Positions 9,228 through 18,584 of a stretch of 64,000 nucleotides of DNA are shown piece by piece (the first letter of the stretch is position 1; every line of letters begins with the position of its first letter). This stretch comes from Thermoleophilia bacterium (lineage in GTDB: Bacteria > Actinomycetota > Thermoleophilia > Gaiellales > SKUG01): contig JBDHZF010000001.1 of assembly GCA_039811765.1 (NCBI GenBank), forward strand, positions 457-64,456, read 5' to 3'. Below the pieces are notes generated by a model that was not told the DNA's origin, did no database searches, and worked only from the letters and a program-made list of their open reading frames with translations. Made by a program: the position numbers and the translations under genes.

Positions 9228-11210
9228 ATGATTCCGCCGATGGAAGACGCGCCGCCAGCAAGCACGCCGCCGCACGAGGCGAAGCCGCGACGATCGCGAT
9301 TCGTGCGCTGGCTGGTCGGCCAGACCGACGTCGTCGAGGGTCCGGTGGCGTCCACGCATGCTGCGGACCAGCACCCATGGTGGATGGTGCTCGCGCTCAC
9401 CGGCGTCGACTATTTCTCCACGCTCGGGTACCTGCCGGGCATCGCGCTCGTCACAGCGGGCGTGCTCGCGCCGTTCGCGACGACCCTCGTCGTGCTGCTC
9501 ACCCTGTTCGGCGTGCTTCCCGTGTATCGCCGCGTGGCCGCTGCAAGCCCCGACGGGCAAGGCTCGGTCGCGATGATCGAGAAACTGCTCGGCTTCTGGC
9601 GTGGCAAGCTCGTTGTGCTCACGCTGCTTGGTTTCGTGGTGACCGCGTGGCTGTTCACGATCACCGTATCCGCGTCCGACGCGACCGCGCACATCGTCGA
9701 GAACCCGGTCGCGCCCTCGTTCGTGCACGGTCACCCAGTTTGGGTGACGGTTGCCCTGCTGCTCGTGCTCGGCGGCGTGTTCCTGCGCGGGTTCAAGGAG
9801 GTGATCGGCGTCGCGCTGACGGTCGTGGTCGCGTACCTCGCGTTGACTGCCGTGGTCGCCGTGGTGGGTCTGCACGAAGCGTTCACCGACGGCGTGGCCA
9901 TGGGCAATTGGTGGGATCTGGTGCTCGACGAAGCCTCGAACCCGATTGGCGTGCTGGTCGCGTCGCTCGTCGTGTTCCCGCAGCTCGCGCTTGGACTATC
10001 GGGATTCGAGACAGGCGTGAGCCTGATGCCGCACGTGGCCGCCGAGCATCCGGAAGATCCGGCGCGGCACATGGCCCTTCGCGTTCGCAACACGCGACGA
10101 CTGCTCGTGACCGCGGCGACCGTGATGTGCGTCTACTTGATCAGCACCGCGATCGTGACCGCGCTCTACGTTCCCGAGAAACTCGTGCAGGACGACGGCG
10201 AAGCCGCAGGGCGCGCGCTGTCCTGGTTCGCGCACGAGCACATCGGCAGCACGTTCGGCTCGATCTACGACGTCTCCACGATCACGATCCTGTGGTTCGC
10301 GGGAGCGTCCGCGATGGCTGGCCTGCTGAACATCGTGCCGCGCTTCTTGCCTCGCTACGGCATGGCGCCGGAGTGGGCGACGCTCGTTCGACCGTTGGTG
10401 CTCGTCTACACGGGCCTGGCGATCATGTTGACGATCTGGTTCGACGCCAGCGTGGAACTCCAAGCCGGCGCATATGCCACCGGCGTGCTCGCGATGATGA
10501 TCTCCGCGGCGTTCGCCGTGTCGTTGTCGGCATGGCGAAGCGGCCAACGCGGCGCTGGAATCGGATTCGGCGCGGTCACCGTCGCCTTGTCGTACGCGCT
10601 CGTGGCCAACGAGCTGCAACGACCCGACGGCATCGTGATCTCGCTGTGGTTCGTGGTTGCGATCGTCGTGGTGTCGTTCACGTCGCGCATCTGGCGCACG
10701 ACCGAGTTGCGCACGTCGCGCATCGAGCTGGACGACGCGGCGAAGCTGTTCGTGATGCAAGCGGCCGAAGCGGGCGGCTTGCACCTGCTCGCGCACCGAC
10801 CTCGCGACGGCAACGCTCGAACCGAGTACGCGCGCAAGCAGCGCGAGCAGCGCGAGGACAATCGCATCCCTCGCGGGCGCCAGCTGATCTTCCTGGAGAT
10901 CACGAAGGGCGACCCGTCGGAATTCGAGGGCGTGCTCGAGGTGAGCGGGCATGACGTGGGCGGCTTCCGAGTGTTGCGCGCCACGAGTCCCGTGGTGCCC
11001 AACTCGATCGCGGCGCTGCTGCTGCACCTGCGCGATCTCACCGGCAAGCGTCCGCACTGCTACTTCGGGTGGTCGGAAGTGCATCCAGTGCGCTACATGA
11101 TGCGCTACATCTTGTTCGGCGAGGGCGACACCGCGCCGCTGTGTCGCGAGGTGCTGCGCGCGGCCGAACCAGACCCCGACCGGCGCCCGTCGATCCACGT
11201 GGCTGGTTGA
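9228..11210 (+). CDS. APC-superfamily-like polytopic permease with a roughly 200-aa cytosolic C-terminal domain
   Basis: Track ORF of 660 aa with about 12 hydrophobic segments followed by a soluble tail. The family assignment is by overall resemblance only. Confidence 0.7.
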   Translation: MIPPMEDAPPASTPPHEAKPRRSRFVRWLVGQTDVVEGPVASTHAADQHPWWMVLALTGVDYFSTLGYLPGIALVTAGVLAPFATTLVVLLTLFGVLPVYRRVAAASPDGQGSVAMIEKLLGFWRGKLVVLTLLGFVVTAWLFTITVSASDATAHIVENPVAPSFVHGHPVWVTVALLLVLGGVFLRGFKEVIGVALTVVVAYLALTAVVAVVGLHEAFTDGVAMGNWWDLVLDEASNPIGVLVASLVVFPQLALGLSGFETGVSLMPHVAAEHPEDPARHMALRVRNTRRLLVTAATVMCVYLISTAIVTALYVPEKLVQDDGEAAGRALSWFAHEHIGSTFGSIYDVSTITILWFAGASAMAGLLNIVPRFLPRYGMAPEWATLVRPLVLVYTGLAIMLTIWFDASVELQAGAYATGVLAMMISAAFAVSLSAWRSGQRGAGIGFGAVTVALSYALVANELQRPDGIVISLWFVVAIVVVSFTSRIWRTTELRTSRIELDDAAKLFVMQAAEAGGLHLLAHRPRDGNARTEYARKQREQREDNRIPRGRQLIFLEITKGDPSEFEGVLEVSGHDVGGFRVLRATSPVVPNSIAALLLHLRDLTGKRPHCYFGWSEVHPVRYMMRYILFGEGDTAPLCREVLRAAEPDPDRRPSIHVAG

Positions 11211-11219
11211 TTCAATCGA

Positions 11220-11522
11220 TCAGCGCGCCGCGACGCGATCCGTGTCGCCGAGCTCGACGCGATCGGGATCGATCGGCAACTGGGTGGATGCATCCACCGC
11301 CATGCCGCCGAGCGCGGTCGCGGCGCGAGCGACGAGCTCGACACGCTGGCGCAGCTCCTCGCTGCTTCGTCCTTCGTCCACCAGCACCGCGGTCTGCGTG
11401 CTCGCCATCGGCATGCGTTGGCGCAAGTACCATCGAACTTGGCCAGGGCGTTGCGCGGTCGTGCCGGCGATGCCGGTCCACTCGACGCCTTCGGGAAGCA
11501 GCACGTACACGGGATGAGCCAT
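11220..11522 (-). CDS. Hypothetical protein (100 aa)
   Basis: In-frame ATG at 11522 (MAHPVYVLLPEG...) within the 204-aa track ORF. It lies 29 nt downstream of the zincin gene on the same strand. Confidence 0.45.
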   Translation of the reverse strand: MAHPVYVLLPEGVEWTGIAGTTAQRPGQVRWYLRQRMPMASTQTAVLVDEGRSSEELRQRVELVARAATALGGMAVDASTQLPIDPDRVELGDTDRVAAR

Positions 11523-11551
11523 GCAGCCCCTATACCCAGATTCGGGAATCG

Positions 11552-11896
11552 TCAGGCATATCCGAGTTCGCGCAGGCGCTGCTCGCCGATGCCGAAGTAA
11601 TGGCCGATCTCGTGCAACACGGTGATGCGGATCTGTTCGCGCAGGCGCGCGGGGTCGCCATTCCCGAAGTCGCGCACGATAGGCCGCCAGAACAGCTCGA
11701 TCGTGCCCGGGGGATCGCCCGCTGACCACGCGCTGCGCCCGGTCAGCGGAACTCCATGGAAGCGTCCGTACAAGTGGGGTTCGCCGGGAGATTCGTCCTC
11801 CACCATGAACTCCACGTTCTCGACCTGCGACCACAAGTCCTCTGGAATTCGTTCGAGCACTTCGCGAACGATGCTTTGAAACTCATGACGATCCAT
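11552..11896 (-). CDS. Small zincin-like metallopeptidase family protein (DUF1025/Zincin_1-like)
   Basis: Track ORF of 114 aa with HEIGHYFG (HExxH) near the C-terminus. Confidence 0.8.
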   Translation of the reverse strand: MDRHEFQSIVREVLERIPEDLWSQVENVEFMVEDESPGEPHLYGRFHGVPLTGRSAWSAGDPPGTIELFWRPIVRDFGNGDPARLREQIRITVLHEIGHYFGIGEQRLRELGYA

Positions 11897-11990
11897 GATT
11901 GCCCAGTGTACGTGCTAGCGTGCCGGTTGGCGTGCCCGCGGGCACGCATTCGTACGTTCGCACGCGTTCCCGATCAGGAGTCACAACCAC

Positions 11991-14900
11991 ATGCGCTCGA
12001 TTGTCCGCTGGTGCCTCGACCGGCGTTCCGTTGTCATCCTCGCGACCGTGCTCGTGCTTGTCGGCGGCCTCGTGGGCGCCACGAAGCTGCGCCAGCAGCT
12101 GTTCCCGGACTTCGACTTCCCGTTCGCGATCATCACGATGGACGCGCCCGGTTACGACGCGCGCACGCTCGACGAGCTCGTGGCACAGCCCGTGGATCGC
12201 GCGGTGAGCGGCGTCGACAAGGTGGAGAACGTCACCACCGTGGCGTCGGAAGGTCGCCTGCGCATCTACGCCGAGCTCGACTACGGCACGGATTCTTCGC
12301 AGGCTCAGCGCGACATCGAGGACGCGATCGCGGACACGACGCTTCCCGATGGCGTGGCGAGTCCGGAGTTCGCCGGCGGCTTCCAGGACCAAGCCGTGGT
12401 GATGGCCACGATCACCACGGACTCCGAGGATCTCGCGAAGGTCACCGAGCAGGCGAACGACTTGAAGGCGGAGCTCGAGCAGGTCGACGGCGTGGGCCGC
12501 GTGGACCTCGCCGGCGGATCGGACCCGCGAATCCTCGTGGAGCTCAAATCGGCAGCGATTTCGGCTGGTGTCGCTCCACAGCAGGTAGTCGACGCGATCG
12601 CGGCAAGCGGTTCGCGCGCGAACGTGGGGGTGATCGCCACCAAGCAGGGCGGCATGGGCGTGGTGGTGACCGGCTCCGGGGCCGGAGCCGACTCCGACAT
12701 GTTGAAGACGCTGCTCGTGCCGAGCGCCGGCAAGACGGTTGGCGAACTCGCGACCGTGCGATCGATCGACGCCGCCGACGGCGGCTTCGCGGTGGTGAAC
12801 GGCAAGGCGGCGCTGACGCTGTCGGTCTTCCGCAAGACCGGCTCCGACGAAGTCAGCACCGTCGACGGCACGATCGACGTGCTGGACAAGACCGACGCGA
12901 AGCTCGACGACGCCTCGATCAACGCGCTCTACCAGAGCGCCGACGAGATCCGCGCATCGATCAAGGGCCTCATCGTGGAGGGCTTGCTTGGCGCGTTGTT
13001 TGCGGTGATCGTGATCTTCCTGTTCCTGCGCACGCTGCGCGGCACGCTCGTGGCGGCGATCTCGATCCCCACGAGCGTGGTCTTCGGCCTGCTCGCGGCG
13101 TGGATCCTCGGGCTGTCGCTCAACATCATCACGCTTGCGGGACTCACCATCGCGATCGGGCGCGTGATCGACGACGGCATCGTGGTGCTCGAGAACATCC
13201 ACAAGCACCTCGAGCGCGGCGCGCCTCGCAGGCGCGCGATGATCGACGGCACGGGCGAGGTGGCGGTGGCGATCGCCTCGAGCACGATCGCCACCGCCGC
13301 GGTGTTCCTGCCGATCGGCCTGGTCGGCGGACTGATCAGCGAGATCTTCCTCTCGTTCTCGATCATCGTGACGGTGGCGCTGCTCGCGTCGCTGCTCGTT
13401 GCGGTGACGCTGATCCCGGTGGTGGGCAGCTTCGTGCTCAAGCCCTCGTCCACGCCGCACGATCCTGAGCAGGATGCGCTCGCGCGCGCCGTGGTTCCGG
13501 CCACGCGCATCGGCATCCGCTGGCGCTGGCCGGTGCTCGGCGTTGCGATCCTGTCGATGGTCGCGGTGTTCGGCGCCGTGGCTTCGGGCGCGATCCCGAC
13601 TCAGTTCCTGCCGAGCGAGGGCGCCAGCCAGGTGACCGGCACCGTGCAGCTCGCGCCCGGCACAACCGCCGCCGACGCGAAGAACCAGCTCAAGCCGCTC
13701 GACGCGAAGATCGGCACGCTCGACGGTGTGAAGGACGTGCAGGTCACGTACGGCATCGACAGCGGCGCGGCGGCGTTCGACCCGTCGATCAACACCTCCA
13801 CCGCGGAGTTCTTCATCGTCTTGAAGAAAGGAGCGGACGGCGACAAGATCGAGCGGCAGCTGCGCTCGTGGGGCGAGCAGCAGTACCCCGACGCGTTCGG
13901 CGTGCAGGTGCTCGACAACGGTCCTCCGAGCGGCTCGTTCCAGGTGAACGTGGACGGCGACGACCTCGAGGACATCGCCAAGGCCGCCACGCAGGTGCAG
14001 GACGTGCTCGAAAAGCACGCCAAGCGATGGGATCTCGTGCAGATCGAGGCGCAGGCAGCGCAATCGGTGCCGCAGCTCGTGGTGAAGCTCAAGCCGGGTG
14101 CGCCTGTGGATCCGGTTGCAGTGCAGGCGGCGCTCAAGGGCACGTCGACTCCCTTGCCTGTGACGCAGGTGGGCGCCGCCACGCCGATCACGGTGGGCGC
14201 GGAGGCGTCGGTCGCCGGCACGCAGGAAGCGCTCGCGAAGCTGCCGGTCGCCACCACGACCGGCGCCGAGGTTCCGCTCGGCCAAGTCGCGACGTTCGAG
14301 ACGATTGACAACCCCACCTTCGTCAACCGCGTGGACGGCGTGCTGAGCGGCACGATCACCGCGCGCATGCTCGGCGACGATACTGCGGGCACGACGGCGG
14401 ACATCAAGAAGGCGGTCGAAAAGCTCGACCTGCCGAAGGGCGTCACGCTCGACTGGGACCAGGGCGACCAAGCGTTCGTGCAGGAGATGTTCACGGACAT
14501 GGGCATAGCGATGCTCGTGGCGATCACGCTCGTGTTCTTCGTGCTCGTGATCTTCTTCGGATCGCTCGCGCATCCGTTCACGATCCTCGCGCCAATCCTG
14601 TTCTCGTTCATCGGCTCGTTCGGCGCGCTGATCGTGACGGGTCGAGCGCTCGGGCTGCCGGCGATGATCGGCCAGCTGCTGCTGATCGGCATCATCGTCT
14701 CCAACTCGATCCTGCTGGTGGACGCGACGTTGCGTGCACGGCGCGAGGGCATGCGGCGCGACGACGCGATCCTGCACGCAGCAAAATTGCGAGTGCGCCC
14801 GGTGCTGATGACCGCGGCGGCGACGATCGCGGCGCTCACGCCGTTGTCGCTCGGCGTTTCCGGCGAGGGCGGCATCATCAGCAAATCGCTCGGAACGGTG

Positions 14901-15011
14901 GTCATCGGCGGCCTGCTGGTGGCGACGCTGCTGACGCTCGTGATCGTTCCGGCTGTATATCGGATCATGGATCGCGACAAGGACATGACGACGGAGGCCA
15001 CGGACTCATGA
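11991..15011 (+). CDS. RND-family efflux transporter permease (AcrB-like)
   Basis: Track ORF of 1006 aa with a duplicated 6-TM plus large-loop layout. GRVIDDGIVVLENI and the overall pattern are typical of RND pumps. No adjacent MFP/OMF gene. Confidence 0.9.
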   Translation: MRSIVRWCLDRRSVVILATVLVLVGGLVGATKLRQQLFPDFDFPFAIITMDAPGYDARTLDELVAQPVDRAVSGVDKVENVTTVASEGRLRIYAELDYGTDSSQAQRDIEDAIADTTLPDGVASPEFAGGFQDQAVVMATITTDSEDLAKVTEQANDLKAELEQVDGVGRVDLAGGSDPRILVELKSAAISAGVAPQQVVDAIAASGSRANVGVIATKQGGMGVVVTGSGAGADSDMLKTLLVPSAGKTVGELATVRSIDAADGGFAVVNGKAALTLSVFRKTGSDEVSTVDGTIDVLDKTDAKLDDASINALYQSADEIRASIKGLIVEGLLGALFAVIVIFLFLRTLRGTLVAAISIPTSVVFGLLAAWILGLSLNIITLAGLTIAIGRVIDDGIVVLENIHKHLERGAPRRRAMIDGTGEVAVAIASSTIATAAVFLPIGLVGGLISEIFLSFSIIVTVALLASLLVAVTLIPVVGSFVLKPSSTPHDPEQDALARAVVPATRIGIRWRWPVLGVAILSMVAVFGAVASGAIPTQFLPSEGASQVTGTVQLAPGTTAADAKNQLKPLDAKIGTLDGVKDVQVTYGIDSGAAAFDPSINTSTAEFFIVLKKGADGDKIERQLRSWGEQQYPDAFGVQVLDNGPPSGSFQVNVDGDDLEDIAKAATQVQDVLEKHAKRWDLVQIEAQAAQSVPQLVVKLKPGAPVDPVAVQAALKGTSTPLPVTQVGAATPITVGAEASVAGTQEALAKLPVATTTGAEVPLGQVATFETIDNPTFVNRVDGVLSGTITARMLGDDTAGTTADIKKAVEKLDLPKGVTLDWDQGDQAFVQEMFTDMGIAMLVAITLVFFVLVIFFGSLAHPFTILAPILFSFIGSFGALIVTGRALGLPAMIGQLLLIGIIVSNSILLVDATLRARREGMRRDDAILHAAKLRVRPVLMTAAATIAALTPLSLGVSGEGGIISKSLGTVVIGGLLVATLLTLVIVPAVYRIMDRDKDMTTEATDS

Positions 15012-15718
15012 CACGCCGGACACGGACGATCACCTGCGCGATGCTGACGCTCGCCTGTGCGTTGACCGCGGCCGGGTGCGGCGGTGCGTCAAAGGTGAAG
15101 CAGGCGACGCCGACCACCGAGCCAACCGAGCCACAGGAAGTGACGAAGCTGACGCCCGACCCCGATCTCACGAAGGCGGTCGGCGCGAAGACCGTTCGCA
15201 CGTTCACGAACGCTGGCTGCATGCTCGGAACGCAACCGCTCGAAGAGGCGGTGCACGTGGACTCCGCCGACGAGCTCGACCACGAGTCGTTCCCGCCCAC
15301 GAGCGGCCATCACTTCCCCGACTGGGCGCCGTGGGGACTGTACGACGAGCAAGTGCCGGACGGCTACGCAGTGCACAACCTCGAGCATGGCGGCGTGGTC
15401 GTGTGGTTTGGCAACGGCGTGAGCGACGAGCAGCAAGACGCGGTGGCGGGCCTGCTCGACGACGGCGAGAAGTGGCTCGTGGCGCCGCGCGACGACCTGG
15501 ACGGGCTGTTCTCCGCCGTGTGGGGCGCCGGCGTGTACTGCTCCAAACCGGCGCTGGCGAAGCTCGCGCCGGAGCAGCTCGCGACAGCCCTCGATGGCTG
15601 GTACGACGCGATGCATTCCACCGGCTCGCCCGCGGAAAAAGACCTGCCCGCCTACGCCGGCGCGATGAAAGAGCCCGTGCCGGTAAAGGACATCTCCAAG
15701 GAGACGCCGACGTTCTGA
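15008..15718 (+). CDS. DUF3105-like lipoprotein
   Basis: ATGA overlap with the RND stop. Lipobox LTAAGC. Motifs PPTSGHHF....HNLEHGGVVVWFG are present. Confidence 0.8.
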   Translation: MTRRTRTITCAMLTLACALTAAGCGGASKVKQATPTTEPTEPQEVTKLTPDPDLTKAVGAKTVRTFTNAGCMLGTQPLEEAVHVDSADELDHESFPPTSGHHFPDWAPWGLYDEQVPDGYAVHNLEHGGVVVWFGNGVSDEQQDAVAGLLDDGEKWLVAPRDDLDGLFSAVWGAGVYCSKPALAKLAPEQLATALDGWYDAMHSTGSPAEKDLPAYAGAMKEPVPVKDISKETPTF

Positions 15719-15841
15719 GAGCCCGCGCGCGAGCGGGCAATTCGGTGCGTTCGTATCGTTTTCCATTGCGCACGTGCCGAGTTGCTCGCGGGGCGCACGA
15801 TCCCCATTTTTCCATCGGCGTGGCGTGGGTATGGACGCTGC

Positions 15842-16801
15842 ATGGCAACGACACGTGCGCAATTCGGCAAGGAAACGGGAAACGACGGCACCTGGCAGCG
15901 CCAGCAGAGCCCGTTTCGGCGATGGGTGACGGCGGACGGCTCGGGCGAGTTTCCTGCCGAGGCCGGCCGATATCACTTGTACGTGGCGAAAGCGTGCCCA
16001 TGGGCGCATCGCGCGATCATCTTCCGCCGCCTCAAGGGGCTCGAGGACGCGATCGGCATGACCGTGGTGGATCCGATCCGCGACGAGCAGGGTTGGCGCT
16101 TCATCGCGGGCGACGCCCCGGACGATCCCGCCAACGGCGAACGCGATCCGCTGCACGGCTGGCGCTACCTCGCGGAAGGGTACCGTCTGGCCGATCCATC
16201 GTTCGACGGCCGAGTGACTGTCCCCACCCTGTGGGATCGCGAGACGGAGACGGCCGTGAACAACGAGTCGGCGGACGTGATCCGCATGCTCAACTCCGAA
16301 TTCGACGCGTTCGCCGCGTACCCCGAACGCGACTACTACCCCGTCGAGCTGCGCGACGATATCGACTCGATCAACGAGTGGGTCTACGCCACCGTGAACA
16401 ACGGCGTGTACCGCTGCGGCTTCGCCACCTCCCAGTCCGCCTACGACGACGCCTTCGACGAGTTGTTCGCGAGCCTCGACAAGCTCGACGCGATGCTCGG
16501 CGAACGCCGCTATCTCCTCGGCGATCGGATCACCGAAGCGGACTGGCGACTGTTCACCACGCTCGTTCGCTTCGACGCCGTCTACGTAGGCCATTTCAAG
16601 TGCAACCTGCGGCGCATCGCCGACTACTCCAATCTGTGGCCATACGCACGCGAGCTGTACCAGATCCCGGGCATCGCCGGAACGGTGGACTTCGACCACA
16701 TCAAGCGCCATTACTATGTGACGCACGATCAGATCAATCCAACCGGGATCGTGCCGAAGGGTCCCGAGATCGACTGGAACGAGCCGCACGGGCGTGACTG
16801 A
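15842..16801 (+). CDS. Xi-class glutathione transferase / glutathionyl-hydroquinone reductase (YqjG/ECM4-like)
   Basis: In-frame ATG 15842. It has GRYHLYVAKACPWAHRAII with the CPWA active-site motif. Confidence 0.85.
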   Translation: MATTRAQFGKETGNDGTWQRQQSPFRRWVTADGSGEFPAEAGRYHLYVAKACPWAHRAIIFRRLKGLEDAIGMTVVDPIRDEQGWRFIAGDAPDDPANGERDPLHGWRYLAEGYRLADPSFDGRVTVPTLWDRETETAVNNESADVIRMLNSEFDAFAAYPERDYYPVELRDDIDSINEWVYATVNNGVYRCGFATSQSAYDDAFDELFASLDKLDAMLGERRYLLGDRITEADWRLFTTLVRFDAVYVGHFKCNLRRIADYSNLWPYARELYQIPGIAGTVDFDHIKRHYYVTHDQINPTGIVPKGPEIDWNEPHGRD

Positions 16802-18440
16802 CACCGGCGCGACTGACACGTCGATCGACGAGTACGACTGGATCGTCGTCGGCTCCGGTTTCGGCGGGAGCGTGAGCGCCCTGCGCTTGAGCGAGCAGGG
16901 ACACCGCGTGCTCGTGCTCGAGGCCGGACGCCGGTTCGACGACCCCGACTTCGCGGCGACCACGTGGAACCTGCGGCGCTACTTCTGGGCGCCGTCGCTC
17001 GGCTTGCGCGGCATCATGCGCTTCTCGTTGTTTCGCGACCTGTTCCTCGCCACGGGCGCGGGAGTCGGCGGCGGCAGCCTCGGCTACGCGAACACGCTCT
17101 ACCGACCAAAGGACGACGCGTTCTACCACGCGCCGCAGTGGGCCGATCTCGCCGATTGGGAGACCGAGCTCGCGCCGCACTACGACATCGCGGAGCGCAT
17201 GCTCGGGGTGACGCAGTACTCGCCAATGGGGGCGACTGACCGGTTGATCCAGCGGCTCGGCGAGGATCTCGGCGTCGCCGACACGTTCGGTCCGACTCGG
17301 GTGGGCGTCTACCTCGGCACGCCCGGCGAGGAGGTCGACGATCCGTACTTCGGCGGCGAGGGTCCACGTCGCACTGGCTGCATCCGTTGCGGCGAGTGCA
17401 TGGTGGGGTGCCGCCACGGAGCGAAGAACACGCTCGTGAAGAACTACCTGTGGTTTGCCGAGCGCGCGGGCGCGACGATCGTTCCCGATCGAGAGGTGAC
17501 GCGACTGTGCCCGCTCGGCAACGGTTCCGGCGAAGACGGATGGATGGTGCACACCGAGCATCCCGGCGCGTGGGTCCGACGACGCCAGCGATCGTTTCGC
17601 GCGCGACGCGGCGTGGTGGTTGCCGCCGGCGCGCTCGGCTCCACTCGGCTGCTGCTTCGACAACGCTTGGAAGGCACGCTGCCGCGGCTGAGCGACCGAG
17701 TCGGCTCGCTCGTGCGCACCAACTCGGAATCGATCCTCGCGGTGACGGCTCCGAAGGGCGAGCACGACTTCACGAACACGGTGGCGATCTCGTCGAGCAT
17801 CTGGCCCGATCCCCACACCCACATCGAGCCCGTCACGTACGGCGCGGGCGGCGGCGCGGTGGGGATGCTCGCCACGCTGCTGGTGGGCAACGGAACCCGA
17901 CTGACCCGTCCCCTCAAATTCCTCGGCCAGTGCATTCGGCACCCGATTCGACTCGCGAAGGTGACATGGCCGCATCGCTGGGCGCGGCGCTCGTTCCTGG
18001 TGCTCGTCATGCAGTCGCACGACAACGCGATTCGATTCGATGCGCGGCGACGGTGGCTGCGGCGTGGCATCTCGCTGCGCTCAAGCCAAGACGTGGGACG
18101 GCCGAATCCCACGTGGCTGCCCGTGGCCGACGACGCGGTGAAACGCTTGGCCACGATGGTCGACGGCATCCCGCAATCATCGATCACTGAAGCGCTGTTC
18201 AACGTGCCGACCACAGCGCACCTGCTCGGCGGATGCGTGATCGGCGCCGACGCCAGCAGCGGCGTGGTGGACCATGCGCATCGCGTGTTCGGATACACGA
18301 ATCTGCTCGTGATCGACGGCTCGACGATGCCAGCGAACGTCGGCGTGAATCCGAGCCTGACGATCACGGCGATGGCGGAGCGCGCAGTGTCGATGATCCC
18401 GCCACCAACCGACGAGCGTTCGACCGAAGAACGCAGCTGA
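16794..18440 (+). CDS. GMC-family FAD oxidoreductase (cholesterol-oxidase-like)
   Basis: GTG start overlapping the previous stop. It has the FAD motif DWIVVGSGFGGSV and the C-terminal HLLGGCVIG...IDGSTMPANVGVNP. Confidence 0.85.
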   Translation: MTDTGATDTSIDEYDWIVVGSGFGGSVSALRLSEQGHRVLVLEAGRRFDDPDFAATTWNLRRYFWAPSLGLRGIMRFSLFRDLFLATGAGVGGGSLGYANTLYRPKDDAFYHAPQWADLADWETELAPHYDIAERMLGVTQYSPMGATDRLIQRLGEDLGVADTFGPTRVGVYLGTPGEEVDDPYFGGEGPRRTGCIRCGECMVGCRHGAKNTLVKNYLWFAERAGATIVPDREVTRLCPLGNGSGEDGWMVHTEHPGAWVRRRQRSFRARRGVVVAAGALGSTRLLLRQRLEGTLPRLSDRVGSLVRTNSESILAVTAPKGEHDFTNTVAISSSIWPDPHTHIEPVTYGAGGGAVGMLATLLVGNGTRLTRPLKFLGQCIRHPIRLAKVTWPHRWARRSFLVLVMQSHDNAIRFDARRRWLRRGISLRSSQDVGRPNPTWLPVADDAVKRLATMVDGIPQSSITEALFNVPTTAHLLGGCVIGADASSGVVDHAHRVFGYTNLLVIDGSTMPANVGVNPSLTITAMAERAVSMIPPPTDERSTEERS

Positions 18441-18584
18441 ACCACCAGCGATCCGCCGCGAAACTCAGCAGGACGATCCGACGACCGGATCATCGATGGG
18501 CCACCTGGCACGTGCGGCGCGAATCGATCCGCAGATTCCGAACAAATCGCTCACGATGTCGCGCGAAGGGCCGATATCTCACCG

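Noticed and set aside
11883-14777. A 964-aa minus-strand ORF antisense to the RND pump. The same pattern occurs at 6464..8119, 15089..16963, 16734..18020, 49735..52524 and 53238..55493.
   Set aside because: All are antisense shadows with His/Arg/Asp/Glu-rich, repetitive translations. Each opposite strand carries a motif-supported gene.
18095-18112. CCGAATCCCACGTGG inside the GMC oxidoreductase gene resembles half of the 1402-1423 palindrome.
   Set aside because: It is a single half-site inside a well-supported coding frame (VGRPNPTWLP). It is probably chance similarity.
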